Source of the DNA: Squalus acanthias
Lineage: Eukaryota
Assembly (NCBI GenBank): GCA_030390025.1
Contig: CM059432.1
Location: 22,384,001-22,448,000 of the forward strand
Length of the DNA stretch: 64,000 bases
Direction: 5' to 3'
Shown piece by piece: positions 24,201 through 36,878 of the stretch (position 1 is the first letter of the stretch; each line of letters begins with the position of its first letter). The position numbers were made by a program, and so were the translations under genes. The notes beneath the pieces are model-generated. The model was not told the DNA's origin. It saw nothing but the letters and a program-made list of their open reading frames with translations, and did not search any database.

Positions 24201-25226
24201 GGCCAACATCCCCAGCATCGAAGCTTTGGCCACGCTCGATCAGCTCCGATGGAAGGGTCACATTGTCCACATGCCCGATACGAGACTCCCAAAGCAAGCG
24301 CTCTACTCGGAGCTCCGACACGGCAAGAGAGCCCCAGGTGGGCAGAGGAAATGCTTCAAGGACACCCTCAAAGCCTCCTTAAATAAGTGCAACATCCCAA
24401 CCGACACCTGGGAATCCTGGCCCAAGACTGCACAAAGTGAAGGAGAAGCATCCGGGAAGACGCCGAACACCTCGAGTATCTTTGCCGGGAGCAAGCAGAA
24501 GCCAAGCACAAACAGCGGAAGGAGCGCACGTCAACCCAAGCACCCCCCCACCCGCCCCTTCAACCCCCGTCTGCCCCACCTGTGACAGAGACTGTAGGTC
24601 CCGCATTGGACTCATCCGTCACCTGAGAACTCATTTTTAGTGTGGAAGCAAGTCATCCTCGGTTCCGAGGGACTGCCTAAGAAGAAGAACCGCCCCGGAC
24701 CTAAAATTGACTTCTGCCCCCTGCAGCAGCGCCGGTCGAAAACACCGACAGCCGCAGGAAGCATGCATCGGGTGGCCGGCCACTTCAGGGGCGATGATTA
24801 AAGGCGAGGTGGCTGAGGTAAGTGCAAAAAAACCTACCTTTCCTGTTCTAGTTTTTTTCACGGGTTCCTGCACTCTGCTTGAATGCCGGGCTGATCACGT
24901 GGGATCACGGCTGCCTTGGTGGTCCAGGTAGGTACTTTATATATTGCACAGCCTGCAGCGATGGCCCTTCCCTTTTAGGGAGGGAAGGAGCCTTTGAGCG
25001 CGTCAGCGCTGCACGGCCCAGTGTGCAGCGCTGCTGAAGTCTCCGCCCCACTCTCCGACGTTAACACCCTAAGAAGGAAATGGAGTACTTGATTTAGCGC
25101 TCCACTTCCCGCTTGGGGCACTAAAACTCAATTTCGCGGTCGCCGGCGCTAATTAGCGCCGGGCATTAAAGTTAGCACCAGACGATGTTAGCGCCCCAAA
25201 ATGTTCGATACCGAAATTTCCCCCCC
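21232..25226. mobile_element. Harbinger MITE (GCGCC class) hosting an RTE LINE
   Basis: GGGGGTGAAACTGG / CCGAAATTTCCCCCCC; probable TTG TSD (boundary +/-1); arms 21232-21431 and 24689-25226. Confidence 0.8.
21432..24688 (+). mobile_element. RTE-clade LINE, near-complete single ORF (APE endonuclease, RT, C-terminal Cys/His motif), frameshifted
   Basis: LKFRTWKVRTL, DIAALSET, GVGFAI, LLGEFNARVG; NYRGVSLLS, FFDLTKAFD, GVKQGCVIAP, YADD at ~23704; CPTCDRDCRSRIGLIRHLRTH; (AAG)n tail ~24679-24688. Confidence 0.93.
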
Positions 25227-25859
25227 TTGTCTCTTGTTGAATTTCCATCTCTCCCCCTCCACTTCACTGAGCATGCCTCATGTTGATGGAATTGAATGAC
25301 ATTGCCTTGGCACGCAGACTAGTTTAGGATGATTTGCTTGTGCTTTCAGCTGAAGAAAGCTATATGGAAGTGAGCAGCCCTGGGAGAAAACAAAAAGGAA
25401 AGTTTTATTTCAACAAAAAACGAGTTTCAACTCTCATGCTATGGTCATTGCTCCTCTAAATCTTTCTTCTCTTCTTCCACCCAAGCTCCAGTTACTCCAT
25501 TCCGAATGTTTTTCCTCTGCCTAAATTGAGGTCAAGACTCATTGGAGGTAATTTTGATTTTGGCCGATAGTGTTAAGTGGGCAATATCAGTTCAGCCGCC
25601 CATTCTACAACTCTCCCGATTTTCATATTCATTGAAGTCATTGATTTTCATTGGTGGCTGAACCAATATTGCCCGTTTTACACTTTCACCCCAAGTCAAA
25701 ATTACCCCCATTGCATTTTCTCCTATTTCACTCATTCTTTCCCAGATCATCAAAGTTATGGACCAAAAAACATAAAATGATGAAAGCACTCAGCAGGGAA
25801 GGCAGGATTTGTGATTGTTCTCCTTCCAGTCCGCAACACTTTGTGCGGTTCCTTTTTAA

Positions 25860-26000
25860 ATATTGTTCATCTGTAATGTTTTCCACTTCAGATGAGAGGT
25901 CTACACCTGAAACTTTAACTTGTCGTTTCTTTCCAGAGATGCTGAGTCACATCCTGTGTGTTTCCAGCATTTTCTGGTGTTTTTTTTCAGTTTTCTGGCC
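25860..26000 (+). mobile_element. Old Penelope terminal remnant with degenerate hammerhead core
   Basis: CAGATGA-G-AGGT CTAC ACCT-GAAAC-TTT-AACT at 25889-25920, followed by AGATGCTGA...TTTCCAGCATTTTCTG. Confidence 0.6.
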
Positions 26001-26770
26001 ACTGCAGTTTTTGGGTTTTTTTTTGTTGATATTCCTCAAAATTGTGAAATTGCTTACGTCCCCCAGTCTTCCCTTCTCACTAGAATCAATCATCTTTCAA
26101 AAAATGAACTTGGCATCACCTAACAACCACTTCTTGATAATTTGGGGCCGATTAGACTGTCTTTAACGCCAGTGGCAAAGCAGGCGAAAAAGGAACAGAG
26201 ACCATGACAGTGGATGTGTGTCCCTTTACATTGCCCTGGAATACTTATGGCTTCCTCTGAGGGGCGTGGACAGCCTGCACTTACAATAGGCCCAGGCTAA
26301 GGTCTGCAATGTTAATAAGGTTGAGAGCGATTTTCCCAGCTCTCCCGACTCATTTTCCTGTTTATTCACCAGCAGGGCGCCTTTTCTGAGGGATTCCCAG
26401 AAAGAATGAACTATAGGTCCTGCACTGAGCCTCTCTCTGATCAGAGAATTAAAGATGGGTAGGACCAAGAAGATAAGTCGTTTTCTAATTGCTACATCTG
26501 ACCGTAGATCAGCATAGGATGCCTTCTGGCTGCCGTTTTTGGGCCACAAGCTGAAGGCCCAAATAGTGGAGGACTTCGTTCTTCCCCCTCCCCTCCTCCA
26601 CTCTCCAATTCCAGGTGCTAGGCCTTGCCAAAATGCGAGACTGTCGTGGCCATGCAAGTTACTTGAACCCGCAAATCCAGGCGGGTTCAAGTCAAGTCAG
26701 GAGCAGCGTACTTCAGATGCACTACACCCGACGAGTGCCCAGGAACATAGGAACATGAGTAAGACATTTA

Positions 26771-27336
26771 GGGGGAAAAAATTCAGTTGCGCTCCCTTTG
26801 GGGTGCTAACTTTAGTGCCCCGGAAAAGTTAGCGCCCCTGCGCCATAAATTGAGTGGTAGCGCCCCAAGCAGGAGGCGGGACGCTACTGGAAGCGCACCC
26901 CCTCCTTCCTGGGGCGCTACCATTCAATATTGCAGCGCTACATGCAAAAGCGCCATGCGCGTCGGCACGTAGTGCCGCGGCATTACAGGCCTCCCTCCCC
27001 TGATTAAAGGGGAGGGGCCTAGCGCAGCGTGCACCGGGGTCCTACTGGACCACCGGGGAGCGAGGTGCCGGGAAAACAGCCCAGCACTCAAGAGGACTGC
27101 CGGGCTGAGCGATCGCGGCCGGCACCCTGCATGAGGACATGAAAGGGGGCAGGTGCTGGCAGGCGGCCCAAAAAAAATGGCCACCCAGCACTTGCCCTTT
27201 AATTTGCGCCGCCGCGGCCGCAAAAACATAACCCTGACCCTGTCAGACATAACGTCCGGCGGTAGGTCAGGGGGTGCAACTGAAGTTTGCGGCCGGGGCA
27301 CGAGCGGGAGACGCAAAGAAACCCAATTTTTCCCCC
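26771..27336. mobile_element. Harbinger MITE (GCGCC class)
   Basis: GGGGGAAAAAATT / AATTTTTCCCCC; TTA TSD (26768-26770, 27337-27339). Confidence 0.9.
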
Positions 27337-28179
27337 TTAGCCTCTCGAGCCTGTTCCACCATTCAATGAGATCATGGCTGATATGTGACCTGACTCCATA
27401 TACCCGCCTTTGCCCCATATCCTTTAATACCCCTGGTTAACAGAAATCTATCAATCTCAGATTTAAAATTAACAATTGGCCTAGCATCAACTGCCATTTG
27501 TGGAAGAGAGTTCCAAACTTCTACCACCCTTTGTGTGTAGAAGTGTTTCCTAACTTCACGCCTGAAAGGCCTGGCTCTAATTTTTCGGCTATGTCCTGTA
27601 GTCCTAAATTCCCCAATCAGCGGAAATAGGAAATAGTTTCTCTCCATAAACCCTATCAGTTTCTCTTAATACCTTGGAAACTTCAATCAAATCACCCCTT
27701 AATCTTTAAATTCCAGGGAATACAACCCTAGTTTGAGTAATCTCTCTTTGTAGTTTAACCCCTTGGAGTCCAGATATCATTCTGGTAAATCTACACTGCT
27801 GCACTCCCTCCAAGGCCAACATATCCTTCCTAAGGTGTGGTGCCCAGAATTGGTCCCAGTACTCCAGGTGTGGTCTAACCAGAACTTTATATAGCTGTAG
27901 CATGACTTCTAACCCCTTATCTTTTAGATATAAAGGCCAGCATTCCATTAGCCTTTTTGATTATTTTTTGTACCTGTCCATGACATTTTAATGATCTATG
28001 TACATGGACCCCTAAGTCCCTTTGGACCTCCACTGCTTCTAGCTTTTCACCATTTAGAAATTACCCTGATCTATCATTTTTACGTCCAAAGTGAATGGCC
28101 TCACACTTGCTTATATTGAATCAATTTGCCACAGTGTTGCCCATTCACTGAATCTATTAATATCTCTTTGTAATGTTAT

Positions 28180-28612
28180 AGAAACATAGAAACATAGAAT
28201 CTAGGAGCAGGAGTAGGCCATTCGGCCCGTCGAGCCTGCTCCGCCATTCAATACGATCATGGCTGATCATCCAAATCCAGTACCCTGTCGCTGCTTTAAT
28301 CCCCACAGTACACATATCCCACCCTACCCCCGTAACCCCACGTATTTAATTCCCCCTAACATATCCCATCCTATCCCCATAACCTCACATATTTAATCCC
28401 CCCTAACACTAAGGGTCAATTTATCATAGCCAAATCAACCTAACCCACACATTTTTGGACTGTGGGAGGAAACCGGAGCACCCGGAGGAAACCCACGCAG
28501 ACACGGGGAGAATGTGCAAACTCCACACAGACAGTCACCCGAGGTCAGATTCGAACCCGGGTCTCTGGCGCTGTGAGGCACCAGTGCTAACCACTATGCC
28601 ACCGTGTTGCCC
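28180..28612 (-). mobile_element. HE1-like (V-SINE) tRNA-derived SINE with CR1-derived tail
   Basis: Minus-strand head GGGCAACACGGTGGCATAGTGGTTAGCACTG...GGTTCGAATC; V-domain GTGTCTGCGTGGGTTTCCTCCGGGTGCTCCGGTTTCCTCCCACAGTCC; (TTTCTATG)n tail. Confidence 0.9.
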
Positions 28613-29828
28613 ATCTTATGCTTCCATCTACACTGCTTACAATGCTGCCTATCTGTGTGTCGTTGGCAAACTTGGTATGTGGCTCTCTAACCCATCATCG
28701 AAGTTGTTAATAAATATAATGAACAGTTGAGGCCTCAACACAGATCCCTGTGGGACGCCACTAGACATATCCTGCCAATTACTGTACCTGTCCATTATCC
28801 CTACTCTCTGTCTCCTGCCGCTCAGCCAATTTCCTAACCAGATCAGTAATTTATCTTCAATTCCGTGGGCTTCAACTTTAGCTAACAGTCTCTTATGAGG
28901 GACTTCATCGAATGCTTTCGGGAAGTCCATATAAATAACATCCATAGACATTCCCCTGTCCACTACTTTAGTCATCTCTTCAAAAAATTCAATCAGGTTC
29001 GGCAGGCATGACCTACCTTTTACAAATCCATGCTAACTCTCTGTAAGCAGCTGAAAATTTTCAAGGTGTTCAGTCACTCTATCCTTAATTATAGACTCTA
29101 GTAATTTCCCGACAACATATGTTAGGCTAACTGGTCTATAATTACCTGGTTTCCCACTTAAATAATGAAGTGACATGCACAATTTTCTAATCTAAAGGCA
29201 CGGTTACTGAATCGAGAGAATTATGGAAGATTAGAGTTAGGGTATCTGTATTGTTCTCACCTACTTCCCTTAAAACTCTGGGATGAAAGCCATCTGGTCC
29301 AGGGCATCTGTCATTCTTTAGTGCCATTATTTTATTTATTACTGTTAATTTGCTTACATTAATTTTGCTGAGTCCCTATCCCTGAGTAAATATTAGTTTC
29401 TTGGGATATCCGGCTGTAAATACTAACGCAAAGTAATTATTTAACATGTCCGCCATTTCCTTATTTTCATTTATAAAATCACCATTATCAGTATTTGAGG
29501 GGCCCACGTTTCTCTTAACCACCCTCTTTTTCCTAATATAATTATAAAAGCTTTCTGTGTTGAGTTTGCCATCCTTTGAAAGTTTCTTTTCATATTCCCT
29601 TTTTGTAGCTCTTACTATCTGTTTTGTCATCTTTTTCTGTTCTTTGTATCTCTCCCATTCGGCACGATCTATGCTATTTTTTGCATTCTTGTATGCTTTT
29701 TCATTAAGTTTTATGTTGTCCCTTATTTCTTTAAACATCCATGGCTGTTCTTTTTGGCAAGTAGAGCATTTGCCCCTTAGGGGTACAAACTGGTTCTGTA
29801 TCACATTAACTTCTTTTTTGAATACTCT

Positions 29829-30333
29829 CCACTTGCCTGGATGAGTGCAGCTCCAACAACACTCAAGAAGCTCAACACCATCCAGGACAAAGCAGCCCAC
29901 TTGATTGGCAGCCCATCCACCACCTTAAACATTCACTCCCTCCACCACCGGCGTACCGTGGCTGCAGTGTGTACCATCTACAAGATGCACTGCAGCAACT
30001 CATCAAGGCTTCTTCGGCAGCACCTCCCAAACCCGCGACCTCTTCCACCTAGAAGGACAAGGGCAGCAGACGCATGGGAACACCACCACCTCCAAGTTCC
30101 CCTCCAAGTCACACGCCATCCTGACTTAGAAGTATATCGGCATTCCTTCATCATCGCTGGGTCAAAATCCTGGAACTCCCTCCCTAACAGCACTGTGGGA
30201 GTACCTTCACCACACGGACTGCCGCGGTTCAAGAAGGCGGCTCACCACCACCTTTTCAAGGGTAATTAGGGATGGACAATAAATGCTGGCTTTGCCAGCG
30301 ACCCCCACATCCCATAAACAAATTTAAAAAAAA
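29829..30333 (+). mobile_element. 5'-truncated non-LTR retroelement 3' end (clade uncertain)
   Basis: WMSAAPTTLKKLNTIQDKAAHLIG...HSLHHRRTVAAV; A-rich tail; interrupts CR1. Confidence 0.75.
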
Positions 30334-30492
30334 ATCTTCTGTCGTTTTAGCCAGTAACAGATTTGCCCAGTTTACTGTGGACAGTCTCTGTCTCATCCCG
30401 TTGAAGTCGCCCTTACCTAACTCTAGAATCTTAGTAGCTGTTTCTCGTTTCTCCCTTTCAAACACAACTCAATCTTATTCTGATCACTATTC

Positions 30493-32508
30493 AACAACAA
30501 CACAACTTATATTTATATAGCGCCTTTAACGTAATAAAACAACCCAAAGCGCTTCACAGGAGTATTATAAGACAAAAAATTGACACTGAGCCACATAAGG
30601 AGAAATTAGGGTAGATGACTAAAAGCTTGGTCAAAGAGGTAGGTTTTAAGGAGTGTCTTAAAGGAGGAAAGAGAGGTAGCGAGGTGGAGAGGTTTAGGGA
30701 GGGAATTCCAGAGCTTAGGGCCTAGGTAACAGAAGGCATGGCCACCAATGGTTGAGTGATTATAATCAGGTATGCTCAAGAGGGCAGAATTAGAGGAGCG
30801 CAGATATCTCGGGGGGGGGGGGGGTTGTGGGACTGGAGGAGATTACAGAGATAGGGAGGGGTGCAGAGATTTGGCCAATTGGTAGCTTATCTCTCGTCTT
30901 TCAAATAATCAGAATTGACTGCAAACCAATATGGTGGGTATATTGTATTTAATCAGAGTTTAAGACGGAATATAACATGCTAGTTACACAGCAACAACAT
31001 ACGACCGTGACAAGCAGCTGGTACCAGTCCTGATCGGACAGACAGTTGGCGTGCATGAACAGTTCTCTGGCTTCTGGCCTCTCTCTCTTTCTCTCTCTCT
31101 CTCGCGAACCTCCGATGGTGAGCGTGGGATCACTCTCAAAAGAGCGTTCGACCAGCCCAACTTCTGTTCGGCTCTCCCCTCCACCGTCTGTGTGGGCGAG
31201 CACTCAGGGTGTCACTTTTATTCTCTTTTTAGGGGTGGGACTGAGGCCAAGTTATTGACAAGACCATTTAATCAGTTGAGGTTCCTCTAAAACCTTATCA
31301 CCCAATGACACCTCAAGTTCTTTGTCTTGGTTCTTGGATGAAAGCCGTCCCCAAAAGGGGGTCTCATTACTTCATCCAATTTGTCTTGTTGTTTAATCTT
31401 TCTGAAAGATTTTCCTTTGGAATTTTTGTCTTATCTCTCTTGTCTCTATCCTCCTTGACCCAGCAAGTATAAGGTCCGACCCTGTCCCTCTTTAATCAGG
31501 AGGCCCAAGCCAGAGCTGTCGCACCTTCATCTAGCAAATGGCCCATTCTAAGATGGATACCTTAGCCTCCTCAAATTCCTTTCATTCTATGTCTTTTCCT
31601 AATTAACTTTTAATTATCTTCATAAGCAGTTCTGCTAAACAAACTTCAAATTCTATCTTTAGAGATTATAATATGGTTATTAGTAATAATGGAAGAAACA
31701 TAGGTTGGGCCTTCACTGGCCAAATTAAAGATACATTAACAAAGTCAAAACCCTAACTTACAAACAACAGATAACTAGCCTGGCAGGGCCATCCTATGGG
31801 CCCCTGCGTGGAATATTTATGCCTCACCTAATCTAACTGATTGAAAAGACTGTCTCAAATTCTAATGCAAGTTTTCCAGGAAAATGAAACTTAATCAATC
31901 CCCTTACTTGTCTCAAGCCGAAACTTACAATCATTTAAATACAGTATTATTCGTATAGCCATATACATTTTTATGCACCCCTAGTTTCTAACAGGGGCGA
32001 GGCCATGGAGGGATTTGAAAACAAGGATGAGAATTTTGAAATTGAGGCCTTGCTTAGCCGGGAGCTAATGTAGATCAGTGAGTACAGGGGTGATGGGTGA
32101 ACGGGACTTGGTGCAAGTTAGGACATGGGCAGCCGAGCTTTGGATGACCTCAAGTTTAAGTAGGGTAGAACATGGGAGGGCAGTCAGGAGTGCGTTGGAA
32201 AAGTCAAGTCTAGAGGTAACAAAGGCATGGATGAGGGTTTCAGCAGCGGTTGAGCTGAGGCAGGGGCAGAGACGAGCGATGTTACGGAGGTGGAAATGGT
32301 TATGGCGCGGATATGTGGTTGGAAGCTCATATCAGGTTCAAATATGACGCCAAGGTTGCAGACAGTGTGGTTCAGCCTCAGACAGATGTTAAGGAGAGGG
32401 ATGGAGTCATTGGATAGGGAACAGAGTTTGTGGCGGGGACTGAAAACAATGGCTTCGGCCTTCCCAATATTAATTGGAGAAAATTTCTGTTCATCCAGAA
32501 CTGGATGT
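30493..32508 (-). mobile_element. L2-like LINE 3' portion, interrupted by a solo LTR
   Basis: Tail (TTG)n + GGCGCTATATAAAT at ~30493-30525; minus-strand LIHAFVTSRLDFSNALL at ~32230-32180. Confidence 0.85.
30862..31993 (-). mobile_element. Solo LTR (1132 bp)
   Basis: Minus strand TGTTAGAAACTAGG...TCTCTGCA; GGGG TSD (30858-30861, 31994-31997); ATTAAA at 30953-30948; L2 is contiguous across the site; homologous to 58047-63569. Confidence 0.88.
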
Positions 32509-33600
32509 CATTCGCTAAATGTTCATACACTGTTAGGCTGTTAACTCAATCTGGCTCATTACTCATTATTAAATTGAATATGGCCTGCCTCCTCATTGGT
32601 TCTAGGCCATATTGTTGCAGAAAAGTGTCCTAAACACTCTCAAGAAATTTGCTACCTTTCTAACATTAGCTTGTCTGCTTATCACAATCTATATGGAAGT
32701 TAAAATCCCCTATTAAATCTACACTGCCTTTACTACATGCTAGTCTAATCTCTGCATTAATACATTCTGCCACTTTACAGCTGCTACCTGGGGGCCTATA
32801 CATAACTTCCACTTCAGTCTTAAATCCTTTTCTATTTCTTAATTCTACCCATAAAATCTCCACTGCCTGCTTACCTCTCGTTATATCATCTCATATCATA
32901 GAACTCATTTCATCCTTAATCACTAATGCTACTCCTCCCCCTCTACCAGATTCCCTATCCTTCCTGTAGACCTTATAACCTGGTATATTCAGTTCCCAGT
33001 CCTGACCATCTTGCAGCCATGTCTCAGTAATGGCTACCATGTTGTGCCCTCTAAGTTGAATTTACGCCAGCAGTTCATTCAATTTCTTCCTTATTCTCTA
33101 TGCGTTTGTGTAAAGAACCTTATTTGGGCCACACACCCTAACCTGTCCTGCTCTAATGCTGTTTTTCTCACACATTTCTTTTTTCTCTCTCCTGATTTAA
33201 TTACTTTTTATCTTTTAGTTCTCCCTTTACCTGTAGTGCCTAAAGTACAATTCATGGCTATTACTCTACTTTCTTCCTTTTCATTTGTTTTAGAGTTATT
33301 ATTTATACTACCTTTTCCACCTGAGCTGTTCCCACCTCCCCCCCCCCCCGCCCCCCGATTTACTGGCTTAAAGTCCCTGTGACTGCCCGATTTATCATTT
33401 CCGCTAGAACCTTGGTCCCAGCCTAGTTTAGGTGGAGCCCATCCCAATGGTACAGCTCCTTCTTGTCCCAGTACTGGTGTCAGTGTCCCGTGAAGTGGAA
33501 CCCCTCTTTCCCACACCACTCCTTCAGCCACGTGTTCACCTCCCTAATCTGTTTATCTCTATGCATGTGGCTCAGGTAATAACCAGAGATTATAACCCTT

Positions 33601-34063
33601 AGGGGGAAAAATTTGTTAGTGACCATTTTGGTCACGTAGCACTGCCGCATGGAAGGGCTCGTCCCATCATTAAAGGGGAGGGCCCAAGCCCACAACTCTG
33701 CGGGGCCCTACCTGGACCACCGGGGAGTGGGGTGCCGTGCCAGCAGCCTGGCACTCAAGAGGAGTGCCGAGCTGCCAGATCGCGGCATGAACCCCGCGTT
33801 CAAAGACGCAACGGGCCACGTCAAGTAAGTCGGACAATTTTTTTTTCCCTGCCTGCCACCTCCCCTTTAGTTAGCGCCCCGCGAGCCTCCTGCCGCCCTA
33901 TTCCCGGCCCCTGAATCGGTTGCTGTCAACGCCCGGCGCAGATTCAGGGGGCATAGACCAATTTTGCAGGCAGGGCGAAAATGGGGTGCTGCGCACGGCC
34001 TTCATCACCTGCGCAGCGGAGCGGAGCGCTACCGAGAGGCACAAATTCACCAAATTTCTAGCC
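33601..34063. mobile_element. Harbinger MITE in CR1 ORF1
   Basis: (A)GGGGGAAAAATTTG / CAAATTTCTAGCC; CTT duplicated (boundary +/-1); CR1 ORF1 contiguous across site. Confidence 0.8.
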
Positions 34064-34504
34064 CTTGAGGTCCTGTTTTTTAATTTAGTTCCTAGCTCCT
34101 GGTTCTCTCTGAACAGGACCTCTTGCCTACTCTTTCCTATGTTGTTGGTCCCAACATGGACCACAACGATTGGATCCTGCCTCTCCCTCTCCAATATCCT
34201 TTCATGCCAGTTCGAGATGTCCCAGGTCGGCAACATACCATGTGGGACTCTCGATCCTGCTTACAAAAACTCTCTTTACTCTTTTCAACCTTTGTGATGT
34301 CCTGCTCTTTGCACTTTAGTCCTTCAGGATTCTTAATTTAACAAACTTACGCAGGTAGTTCTGGTAAAGGATTGCAAGATGGATTGCCAGAATTCAACTG
34401 ACATTGAAACGTGAAGATTATTCCATGATCCACTGCACAGAATCACCCCATTGACTGCATTCAAAGTGAGCTTCATCAGTGTCTTGTCTTTCAAGTAGCC
34501 CCAA

Positions 34505-34760
34505 TTTTTTTTAAATTTGTTTTTATGGGATGTGGGTGTCGCTGGCAAGGCCAGCATTTATTGCCCATTCCTAATTACCCTTGAGAAGGTGGTGGTGAGC
34601 CGCCTTCTTGAACCGCTGCAGTCCGTGTGGTGAAGGTACTCCCACAGTGCTGTTAGGGAGGGAGTTCCAGGATTTTGACCCAGTGACGATGAAGGATCGG
34701 CGATATACTTCTAAGTCAGGATGGTGTGTGACTTGGAGGGGAACTTGGAGGTGGTGGTGA
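34505..34760 (-). mobile_element. Non-LTR retroelement 3' end, same family as 29829-30333
   Basis: Reverse-complement match to 30080-30333. Confidence 0.8.
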
Positions 34761-35654
34761 TCCTTTAAGGCACATAAACAAGTTTAGGTTTATATGGGCT
34801 ACCACACAGACTTCCATATTATTTGCTTCAGAAACTACTGAGGATCCTATGAGTGGAAAATCTTACCCTGCACTTTACTGCTTTCAGGTATATCACCATC
34901 TCTGTTATAAAGGATGCTCAATCTTGGTTACTGACTTTGTCATATTGCATTTTTGCTATACTGGGGCATGAAATTGCACTTTTAGATATTAGTAATGAAT
35001 GTATTAATACAATTCCTCTGTCTTCTATTTTAATGAAGAGTTTAACCAGTTTATCTAATATAGCTTAAGGCCTTTGATAAAATAATGGACAGAGGAATTT
35101 TGTACAAATGGATGAAGATGTTCATCACCATTACCATACAGCCTAATTTCAAACCCATTTACTGTGACTTGCACCTGATTGAAGGACACAAAATTATTGC
35201 CTTTCAACATGCATAGTAGACTTCTGTTATTGCACTGTAAATGCACTATTATATAGAGTGCTTTCTTATCTCTGAATTAAAACAGCTATGAAATTATTTA
35301 AAATTTATTTCTGTTCTGGATATACTCTACAGCAGCTTAGAATGAAACAGATGCTGATTGCTGTCATAGATATTAAATAGATACACCTCTGTTCTTCGTC
35401 CAACTGTACCTGATAGAAGCTATCATACTCATAGTTTGACGGTTTGTAAACAGATTATGGTCAGGTTTGGTCTGTCATTTTGCCTCATCCATCCAACATG
35501 AAACGTTGTGGAGAAAGATTTGCTGCATCGTCAATTATATGAGTTATTAGACAGAGATTCTAGTCTAATATAGAGTCTACCTGATCCTTCATTTTGGTTC
35601 TATCCACTGCCTCTGGTCAAATTTTGTCTGATAACGTTCCTGTGAAGCACCTCT

Positions 35655-35955
35655 GGTGGAGGAATCAAGAACAAGCAGACGCAATCTTAAAATTAGAGCT
35701 AGATCATTCAGGAGTGAAATCAGGAAGCACTTTTCCACACAAATGCTAGTAGAAATCTGGAATTCTCTTCCCCAAAAGGCTGTGGATGCTAGGACAATTG
35801 CAGCTTTCAAGACTGAGATCGATAGATTTGTGTTCGGCAAGGGTATCAAAGGATATGGAGCAAAGGCGGGTAAATGGAGTTGAGGTAAAGATCAGCCATG
35901 ATTTCATTGAATGGTGGAGGGGCTGAATGGCCTACTCCTTTGCTAATGTTTTTAC
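35655..35955 (+). mobile_element. CR1 3' fragment
   Basis: EESRTSRRNLKIRARSFRSEIRKHFSTQ...WNSLPQ...GIKGYG. Confidence 0.85.
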
Positions 35956-36878
35956 GTTGCTATGACTGTTCACCATACGTCTAGGGTCAGACTGCACCTT
36001 TAAATCTGTGTTCAGGTTTGATCGCTGAGACATAAGGGAAAATTTAAGACAAGGCAGAGAAAAGCCGTGGCCGCGATTTCGCCGACCGAGGCGGGACCGG
36101 GGCGGCCGGGGTTGGTGTTGCGGTCCCAGCCCGCTCTCTACCGCAGCCCGCACTCTCCAAGCGATTTTTCATTGATTGGGCTTGTTAAGGAAGTGGGTCT
36201 GATGACGTCATTTGATGATGCATCATTAGCCGGTTTGCTTAAAGGACCATGTCCAAATTGATCTTGACAGTTCTGCTGTCAGTGTTGTACAGCATTGAGG
36301 TGCTGTAAACACTGACAAGCACTGCACAAAGGTGCACAGCTGGAGCCCGGCTCTCCCATTACTCCCTCCATAGGCAGGGAGGTTCTCTTCCCTTCCCATG
36401 GGTGGAACAGACCTCCCCAGGAGATCAACAGAGCCTGGTTGCACATTGCAAAGGAGGGCAGAAGCAGGGATGTCGTCAGGAGGACTAGGCTGCAGTAGCA
36501 CAGACCTTTCAATGATCTCAGCAGATCACAAAACGTTACTGCAAAGCCACACTCAATCTCCTCCTGCTGTGCCACTCATCACAGCCTCATCACTCTGCCT
36601 TCCATACCCTACTCCTGCACATGACGCGGGCAAGAGGAAGCAGCTGATTGGGTGAGTACGGCCAGGTGAGTATTTATACTACTCTATAGTTTGACAGTTA
36701 AGGTTAACAGTTTATAAAGTTTAGAAGGACTTAATTTTTGTGGTTATAGTTTCTAAGGTCTCTGTTGTGTAGCGGGGAGTGCTAGTGAACAAGGGCCCTT
36801 GAGTATATTATTTAATTGTAGTGTAATTAGTGGTATTGATTTGATTAAATTTAATTTAAATTAATTAAAGGGTAAGTC

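Larger units (their letters stand above)
26742..34270 (-). mobile_element. Fragmented long CR1 LINE (ORF1 esterase part, EN, RT, 3' tail) with five direct nested insertions
   Basis: IVVVHVGTNNIG (34236-33898), LWVELRN/GDFNFH (32863-32666), YMDFPKAFDEVPH...GVPQGSVL (28975-28649), VRPHLEY (27948-27706), tail GGAACATAGGAACAT ~26742. Confidence 0.88.

Noticed and set aside
25651..26166. 171-aa ORF
   Set aside because: T-rich read-through of repeat remnants including the Penelope end; no domain signal.
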